Below, one piece after another: positions 58,279 to 64,000 of a stretch of DNA of 64,000 nt. The notes below the pieces were generated by a model that did not search any database, was not told the origin of the DNA, and worked only from the letters and a program-made list of their open reading frames with translations. The stretch spans positions 3,719 through 67,718 of the IMG/VR virus record IMGVR_UViG_3300011390_000002; one strand, written 5' to 3'. Position 1 is the first letter of the stretch. Each line of letters starts with the position of its first letter. The position numbers and the translations under genes are program-made. This stretch comes from a virus.

Positions 58279-59696
58279 GCGAAGCCACCATCGATCGCGT
58301 CGAGGAATCGGTTGCTGCGATGGTGGGCGCTGCATATAGCGGCGCTGCCGCCGCAACTGCTGCGGGCGAGGAGCCGGATGACTTCATCGCCAACAAGTTC
58401 GAGTTCGACGACGAGTTCCAGAGCACCATCGCGACGCTCGCGCTGCGTGACTCGGAATTCATGCGCCGCGCCGCGCACCTGCTTAAGCCCGAGTATTTCG
58501 AGCAGACCGGTGAAGCGGGTGTGGTGGAGCTCTCGCTGCGCTATTACGAGCGATTTAAACGCGTTCCTGACCCGGCCGTTTTCCCGACCGTCATTCGCGA
58601 CGCCATTGCAAACGCTCGTCTGAGGAAAGACGCCGCCGGCGAAGTCGTCGCGGCATTCAAGAAGCTCAAGGACCGCACGATCGCCGATCGCGATTATGTG
58701 GAAGAGAAGGTTGCGGAGTTCGCCCGGCACCAAGCGGTGAGCCAGGCCATCCTCGAGTCTGTGAGCCTGCTGGAAAAAAAGAAGCTGCCGCAGATCGAAA
58801 AGGCCATCAAGGCGGCAATCGAGATCGGGCTGAATGAGGCCGACGAGGGCTACGACTACTTCAAGGAGATCGAGTCCCGAACCGAGGAGCGGCTCGACAT
58901 TGCGAGCGGCAAGGTGCCACCGCGCGGCATCAGCACCGGCATGCTCAAGATCGACGAGATCCTCTATCACAAAGGGTGGGGCCGCAAGGAGCTCTCGCTG
59001 CTGATGGGCGGGGCGAAGTCCGGTAAGACGACCGCCATGATCACGTTCGCCAAGTTCGCGTCACTCGCGGGCAAGAACGTGCTCTATATCACCCTCGAAG
59101 TGGCCTCACGCATTATCGCGGAGCGTCTGGATGCGACGATTTCCCAAAATCTCGTCAAGGAGCTCGGCAAGAACATCCATGACATTCGCCTGAAGGTTGA
59201 GGCGTTAGAGAAGCGCGCGGGTCTGTTGAAGATCCACGAATATGCGGCGGGCACCTGCACGCCCAACATGATTCGTTCGCTGATCGACCGCTACAAGGCG
59301 AAAGGCATCAAGTTTGACCTAGTGGTGGTCGACTACCTGGACATTATGGCGCCCAACCATCGCTATAACGACCCGATCGAGAACAGCAAGTCCGTGTTTG
59401 TGGACATGCGCGGGCTCGCCTTCGAGGAAGACGTGGCGCTCCTGTCCGCAACGCAGACCAACCGGGACGGGTCCAAGTCTACGGTGGCTAAAGCCGAGCA
59501 CGTGGCAGAAGACTTCAACAAGATTCGGATCGCGGACGTGGTGATTTCCATTAACGCGACGGAAGAGGAGCGGGCGAAGGGCGAAGCACGGCTTTACTTC
59601 GCAGCGTCTCGAAATCAGGAGTCGGGGATCACGGTGTTCATTCGCCAGAACCTTTCGACTATGACTTTCATCGAGAGCATAGTCAGAATTGAATAA
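58275..59696 (+). CDS. replicative DnaB-like helicase
   Basis: GGAKSGKT, YITLE, VVVDYLD, ATQTNR. Confidence 0.92.
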   Translation: MSEATIDRVEESVAAMVGAAYSGAAAATAAGEEPDDFIANKFEFDDEFQSTIATLALRDSEFMRRAAHLLKPEYFEQTGEAGVVELSLRYYERFKRVPDPAVFPTVIRDAIANARLRKDAAGEVVAAFKKLKDRTIADRDYVEEKVAEFARHQAVSQAILESVSLLEKKKLPQIEKAIKAAIEIGLNEADEGYDYFKEIESRTEERLDIASGKVPPRGISTGMLKIDEILYHKGWGRKELSLLMGGAKSGKTTAMITFAKFASLAGKNVLYITLEVASRIIAERLDATISQNLVKELGKNIHDIRLKVEALEKRAGLLKIHEYAAGTCTPNMIRSLIDRYKAKGIKFDLVVVDYLDIMAPNHRYNDPIENSKSVFVDMRGLAFEEDVALLSATQTNRDGSKSTVAKAEHVAEDFNKIRIADVVISINATEEERAKGEARLYFAASRNQESGITVFIRQNLSTMTFIESIVRIE

Positions 59697-59797
59697 TGGC
59701 ACATCCCTGGGTGTTTTTCCTTCTGATGATCATTTTCACAGGTGGCCGGCTGACGGTGCCGGCCCTTGTCACTCTGCTCGCGATGGCGTGCAGCTAA
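59696..59797 (+). CDS. 33-aa hydrophobic peptide
   Basis: TAATG overlap with helicase stop; MAHPWVFFLLMIIF. Confidence 0.35.
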   Translation: MAHPWVFFLLMIIFTGGRLTVPALVTLLAMACS

Positions 59798-59810
59798 TTG
59801 GAGCTATCGC

Positions 59811-60014
59811 ATGACCAAAGAATATCTGCCGCACCAGCAGCGCGTAGTGACGGAGAAGGCGGAGAACGACGAGCGCTTGGAGAAGCTCATCAAATTCTTC
59901 GACACGCCTATCTTCGCGGGCCTGGACAACCTGGAGAAGTTCGACCTGCGTTACCAACACGCGCTGATGCGCGAGCTTTCCGGCGTGCTGGCAAGCAGAA
60001 TCTCCCGCTTCTAA
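59811..60014 (+). CDS. small conserved phage protein
   Basis: GGAG RBS; PHQQRVV.EK.E..E.L.KL..F..RI..F motif. Confidence 0.75.
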   Translation: MTKEYLPHQQRVVTEKAENDERLEKLIKFFDTPIFAGLDNLEKFDLRYQHALMRELSGVLASRISRF

Positions 60015-60092
60015 GGCAATTTCACAGGGGTCTCACAAACCCCTGTTTTCAGCGCGTATCGTGCGCGCATCTGACTAAGAAAGTGTGACGTA

Positions 60093-61175
60093 ATGAGCGA
60101 TAACGCGGAGCTTCAGGAAGCAATCGAGACGCTGGACATCGAGTCGTGGCTCGACGATCAGGGCATCGCGTATAAGCAAGCGCGTGGGGCTCGCGGCCGG
60201 CAAGCAAACGTCAAGGAATGCCCGTGCTGTGGCAACTCGAACTGGAAGGTCTACATCGGCCTGGAGACGGGTCTTGGCAACTGCTTCGCAGGTGACTGCG
60301 AAACGAAGTTCAACAAATGGAGCTTCATCAAGGCGTCGCTCGGCTCGGACAACAACCGCGACGTGGTGGAGCACATCCAGAACTTCGCGAAGAGCCAGGG
60401 CTGGCGCCCCAAGCGCAAAGCGTCGATGGCCGTCAACCTGAATACGGACCTGAAGCTGCCAAAGTCGATCGCGCTGCCGCACAACCGGCGCAACCTGAAG
60501 TATCTGGACAACCGCAATATCACCGGCACGACCTCAAGCTATTTCAGCCTGCGCTACTCGCACGATGGCAAGTTCTTCTACAAGGACGATGACGGCAAGA
60601 CGCGCGCCCAGGATTACAGCCAGCGCGTGATCATCCCCGTGTTCGACCTCGAGGGCGACCTCGTGACGTTCCAGGGCCGCGACATTACCGGCGCGGCGGA
60701 GAAGAAGTATCTGTTCCCGCCGGGATTTGCCTCGACGGGCTCCGTGCTCTACAACGGCCACAACGCGCTTGCGGCCAAGCACGTGGTGATCGGGGAGGGC
60801 GTGTTCGATGTGGCAGCCATGAAGATCGCGCTCGACGAGCAACTGGAGCTGCGCGACGTGGTGCCAATCGGCAGCTTCGGCAAGCACCTGTCGCACGGCG
60901 ATGAACAGTCGCAGATGGCCAAGCTCACCAAGCTGCGCGACGGTGGCCTGCAGGTGGTGACGTTCATGTGGGACGGCGAAGCGAAGGCAATCGATGCGGC
61001 GATTGAAGCGGCCCTGATGGTCAAGAAAATCGGGCTCACATCGCGTGTGGCGGTGCTCCCCGAGAACCGTGATCCCAACGAAGTGCCGCCGGCGGTCGTG
61101 CGTGATGCCTTCTGGAAAGCGACGACCATTAACCCGATGACGGCAACGCGCATGAGGCTCACCAAAGGTCGTTAA
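60093..61175 (+). CDS. DNA primase (Zn finger plus TOPRIM)
   Basis: CPCC..CF, IGEGVFD, WDGE, DPNE. Confidence 0.88.
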   Translation: MSDNAELQEAIETLDIESWLDDQGIAYKQARGARGRQANVKECPCCGNSNWKVYIGLETGLGNCFAGDCETKFNKWSFIKASLGSDNNRDVVEHIQNFAKSQGWRPKRKASMAVNLNTDLKLPKSIALPHNRRNLKYLDNRNITGTTSSYFSLRYSHDGKFFYKDDDGKTRAQDYSQRVIIPVFDLEGDLVTFQGRDITGAAEKKYLFPPGFASTGSVLYNGHNALAAKHVVIGEGVFDVAAMKIALDEQLELRDVVPIGSFGKHLSHGDEQSQMAKLTKLRDGGLQVVTFMWDGEAKAIDAAIEAALMVKKIGLTSRVAVLPENRDPNEVPPAVVRDAFWKATTINPMTATRMRLTKGR

Positions 61176-61278
61176 ATTTCGCCGTTTGCAATAGTCAAAA
61201 CTGACTACAATTCCCGCACATTGATGCGTAGAATGATTTTCATTGAGAGCGCGACAGTAGCGCGCGAGAGAGGAGCGC

Positions 61279-61734
61279 ATGAGCACAGCGATCACTGTTA
61301 GTTCGACCGCAATGATGCACGAGGGTGGCACCAAGTTTTACGAGATTGTGACGTTTGACAACCTCACGAACGGGAACTCTGTCGAGGTCCGTCGCTGGGG
61401 TAAGGCCGATCAGTTGACCAGAGGTGGGGGTCAAGCGAGCGTCGATAGTCACCCGAATCTGAAGGCTATGTCGGCATCGAGCGCCAGACAGGTCAAGGCA
61501 AAGGAGAAGGGCGGCTATCGGTCGATTGCCTCCAAGCACGTCTTCCACTCCAACAACGGCACGCATGGCGAGGCGCAAATCGGCAGCGGCATTGCGGCGC
61601 ACTACAGCGATTCGAAGACGAGGGATTCGATTCTCGAAAAGCTCGGCATCGATCCGACGGCGCCAGCGAGCCCCGAACCCCTCAAGCGCGAAGAGACGCC
61701 GGTCGATCGCGGCGAACAGTGGGGGTCGTGGTGA
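61279..61734 (+). CDS. WGR-domain protein
   Basis: TKFYEI..VRRWGK..GQ..KEKGGY. Confidence 0.6.
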   Translation: MSTAITVSSTAMMHEGGTKFYEIVTFDNLTNGNSVEVRRWGKADQLTRGGGQASVDSHPNLKAMSASSARQVKAKEKGGYRSIASKHVFHSNNGTHGEAQIGSGIAAHYSDSKTRDSILEKLGIDPTAPASPEPLKREETPVDRGEQWGSW

Positions 61735-62006
61735 TGGATGACCACGACGCCGAGAACGCCGCTTATTTCGAAGGTCGCGACGACGGCCGCGCAGAGGCTG
61801 CTGAAGAGCTACTCGCGGCCATGTCACCCGACGTTCGCCGACTCGTCGAATACGACGCCCGATTTCGCCTCACGAGCGTGCTGCGTCAAGCGGCTGCGCA
61901 AGAGAGCAACAAGCGCTACGTCCAGTCGATCTTCGCCCTTCAGGTGCAAGCGCTGGCTACGCTGAAAACAGTAGACGCAACTCGCCCCGAGTGGGGCTCC
62001 TGGTAA
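61734..62006 (+). CDS. hypothetical protein
   Basis: coupled ORF ending in the same PEWGSW-like tail as the preceding gene. Confidence 0.55.
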   Translation: MDDHDAENAAYFEGRDDGRAEAAEELLAAMSPDVRRLVEYDARFRLTSVLRQAAAQESNKRYVQSIFALQVQALATLKTVDATRPEWGSW

Positions 62007-62016
62007 GGAGAGAGCA

Positions 62017-62655
62017 ATGGCTGAAGCCAAGACGCAGTTTGTCGATGACACCAACTACCCGCCGTCCGCATCGTTGGGCGGCAATAACGCCTACTACCTC
62101 GACTACTGCGAGTCGGGTGGCTGCAAACCTGGCTACGCGGTTTGTTTGCACAAGGTGAAGGCAGTCCAGGAGGGGAGGCTGCACGCCGAGCTCGGAAGCT
62201 GCACGACCCGCATCCAGAGTCGCACCTGTCCGGCAATGGGCTTGCGCGATAAGGAGCTGCTCGAGGGCCGTGCGCTCTACTTCATCGACCGCCAGAAGCA
62301 ACTCGCCTGGTGGAACGAGCAGATCAAGCTGCCGATCACGTCGCCGTTCCTTGACGAGCTCAAGGAGGCGAGCAAGGCGACTCGCAAAGCGGCCGCTACG
62401 AAGAAAGCGGGACCGGCGCCGGCCGCCCCAACTTATGCGCCCGTTGTCGATGCCAGTGGCGGTTATGCGGCCGCAATCAACGCAGCGATGCAACAGACAC
62501 AACCGGCTCCGGTCGCCGCTAAACCCACCGAGCCGCCCAAGCCGGTCGAACCGCCCAAAGCCCAACCCATCGCGACGCCCAGCCTGAAACCGGCACCGGG
62601 CGAGTCGATGCTCGAATTCGCCAAGCGCATGCGTGAAGCACGCGCAGCGGCATAA
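62017..62655 (+). CDS. hypothetical protein (Cys-rich N-terminus, Pro-rich C-terminus)
   Basis: AAGGAG RBS, 212 aa. Confidence 0.7.
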   Translation: MAEAKTQFVDDTNYPPSASLGGNNAYYLDYCESGGCKPGYAVCLHKVKAVQEGRLHAELGSCTTRIQSRTCPAMGLRDKELLEGRALYFIDRQKQLAWWNEQIKLPITSPFLDELKEASKATRKAAATKKAGPAPAAPTYAPVVDASGGYAAAINAAMQQTQPAPVAAKPTEPPKPVEPPKAQPIATPSLKPAPGESMLEFAKRMREARAAA

Positions 62656-62681
62656 CCCAGACCACACGCACAAGGAGAACC

Positions 62682-64000
62682 ATGAATTCCAATGACATCT
62701 ACCGCGCGATCGAGGAGATCGCGGCGACTTCCAGCAAGAACGAAAAGCAGGCGCTGGTGAAAAAGCACATCGGCGACGACAAGTTTTCGATGACCCTGAC
62801 CGCGGCGCTCAACCCGCTGATCAGCTATGGCATCTCCAAGCGCCCGATCGTGAGCCCGGATACGGTCGGCACGGGCTTGTTCGAGGACTCGACGTGGGAC
62901 TTGCTGGGTCTACTGATCAACCGCGCGACGACCGGCATGTCGGGTAACGCAGCCATCGATGCGGTGCGGGCTGAGATGGAGCGCCTCGAGCCTGCGTCGA
63001 GCGAACTCTTCTGGCGAATCATCAAGAAAGACCTGCGCGCGGGGTTCTCGGCTGAAACCGTCAACAAGGCGGTGAAGGGTCTGATTCAGACGTTCCCTTA
63101 CATGCGCTGCGTGCTGCCGAGTAAAGCCAAGTTCGACAAGTGGGATTGGGTGGCGGGTGCGTTCAGCCAGCACAAAGCAGACGGCGCATTTACGAACGTC
63201 GATCACGATACGCGCGGCGTGGTGCGGCTGACTACGCGTCAGGGCAGCGAACTGCCGATCGAAAAGTTTGAAAAGATGGTGCCGGAGATCCAGCGCGCGT
63301 TACAGCGCGGCACGCAGACGCACGGCGAAATTGTCGTGAAGGTCGATGGGGTCATCGCAAACCGCGAGATCGGCAACGGCATCCTGAACAGCGTGCTCTC
63401 GGGTGGCGACTTTGCTGAAAACGAAGTGCCTGTGTTCTACGCCTGGGACCAAATCCCGCTGACTGCGGTTGTGCCGAAGGGCGTGTATGAAGTGCCGTAT
63501 CGCGAGCGCTTCACGGCGCTACTGCGTCAGTTGATCCACGCCGGCACCGAGTCGGTCAAGCTGATCCCGACCAAGATCGTCCACTCGCTCAAGGAAGCCT
63601 ACGAGCATTGCAGCAGCCTGCAGGTCGAGGGCAAAGAGGGCACGGTGCTCAAGAACGGCGCCGGCGTCTGGAAAGACACCAAGAGCGGCAACGAGGATGT
63701 GGTCAAGCTCAAGCTCGAAGTCGATGTGGATCTTATCTCGACAGCCATTCTCGACGGCGAAGACGGCACGAAAAACCAGGGGCGTCCGGGTCGCGTGATG
63801 ATGCAAACGCGCGATGGCTTGCTGCGTGTGAATGTTGCGGTGAAAAACGAGGCGCTGCGCGACGCGATCGAAGCCGATCCGCGGGCGTTCATTGGCTGCA
63901 TCTGGGCGGTGCGGTTCAACCAGATCATGAAGCCTTCAGCCAGCAACGACCTGCACTCGCTGTTCCTGCCGCGCATGGTCGAGGCCGGGTTCCGCACGGA
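62682..64000 (+). CDS. ATP-dependent DNA ligase (T4-like), truncated by window end
   Basis: AAGGAG RBS; IIKKDLRAG, KADG (motif I), HGEI, EGTVLK, VKLK. Confidence 0.9.
   Translation, partial: MNSNDIYRAIEEIAATSSKNEKQALVKKHIGDDKFSMTLTAALNPLISYGISKRPIVSPDTVGTGLFEDSTWDLLGLLINRATTGMSGNAAIDAVRAEMERLEPASSELFWRIIKKDLRAGFSAETVNKAVKGLIQTFPYMRCVLPSKAKFDKWDWVAGAFSQHKADGAFTNVDHDTRGVVRLTTRQGSELPIEKFEKMVPEIQRALQRGTQTHGEIVVKVDGVIANREIGNGILNSVLSGGDFAENEVPVFYAWDQIPLTAVVPKGVYEVPYRERFTALLRQLIHAGTESVKLIPTKIVHSLKEAYEHCSSLQVEGKEGTVLKNGAGVWKDTKSGNEDVVKLKLEVDVDLISTAILDGEDGTKNQGRPGRVMMQTRDGLLRVNVAVKNEALRDAIEADPRAFIGCIWAVRFNQIMKPSASNDLHSLFLPRMVEAGFRT

Larger units (their letters stand above)
8238..61206. promoter_or_regulatory. 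dispersed operator family AGTCA-N4-TGACT (22 copies)
   Basis: 16 perfect and 6 single-mismatch copies, mostly in short intergenic gaps; list given in findings. Confidence 0.85.

Noticed and set aside
15352-61175. Inteins in helicases, terminase or primase
   Set aside because: Protein lengths are normal and no C/S...HN-C/S/T splice junction insertions are evident.
1-64000. tRNA/rRNA genes, IS elements, integrase/att sites
   Set aside because: No cloverleaf with T-loop/D-loop consensus, transposase or recombinase motifs recognised by eye; a tRNAscan/ISfinder run would be needed to exclude them fully.

Overview
This window is about 64 kb of a large temperate siphovirus-type genome with GC-rich, betaproteobacterial (Burkholderiaceae-like) character. 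Gene content and order recall SSU5/pHCM2-type phage-plasmids, but no integrase, repA or parA lies in the window, so lifestyle is inferred. Layout: (1) 1-15.3 kb is an accessory/early region with a YefM-YoeB-like TA pair, SRAP peptidase, a NarK relic, a LexA-boxed gene, a K+ channel, repeat-rich non-coding elements, a CC/GG-depleted strongly promoted gene, an RHH regulator and an IF2-N/ABC-ATPase/TOPRIM fusion. (2) 15.3-23.3 kb holds an SF2 helicase, two homing endonucleases and a ParB-ParB-peptidase-ABC ATPase-thioredoxin-GNAT cluster. (3) 23.5-50.9 kb covers terminase, head, a lambda-like tail with G/GT frameshift, tape measure and fibres. (4) 51-56 kb carries holin, endolysin, spanins, a metallophosphoesterase and an SGNH esterase. 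(5) 56-64 kb has PhoH, an Hfq-like protein, DnaB helicase, primase, a WGR protein and a truncated ATP-dependent ligase. Most notable signals: the IF2 N-terminus fused to an OLD/PARIS-like ATPase-nuclease; a 22-copy palindrome AGTCA-N4-TGACT punctuating the core genome; a second operator family ACGTGCAA-N7-TTGCACGT; a candidate DNA-hypermodification module; and a GIY-YIG insertion that supplied a recoded replacement 3' end to its host gene. All calls are by eye from motifs, with no database searches.
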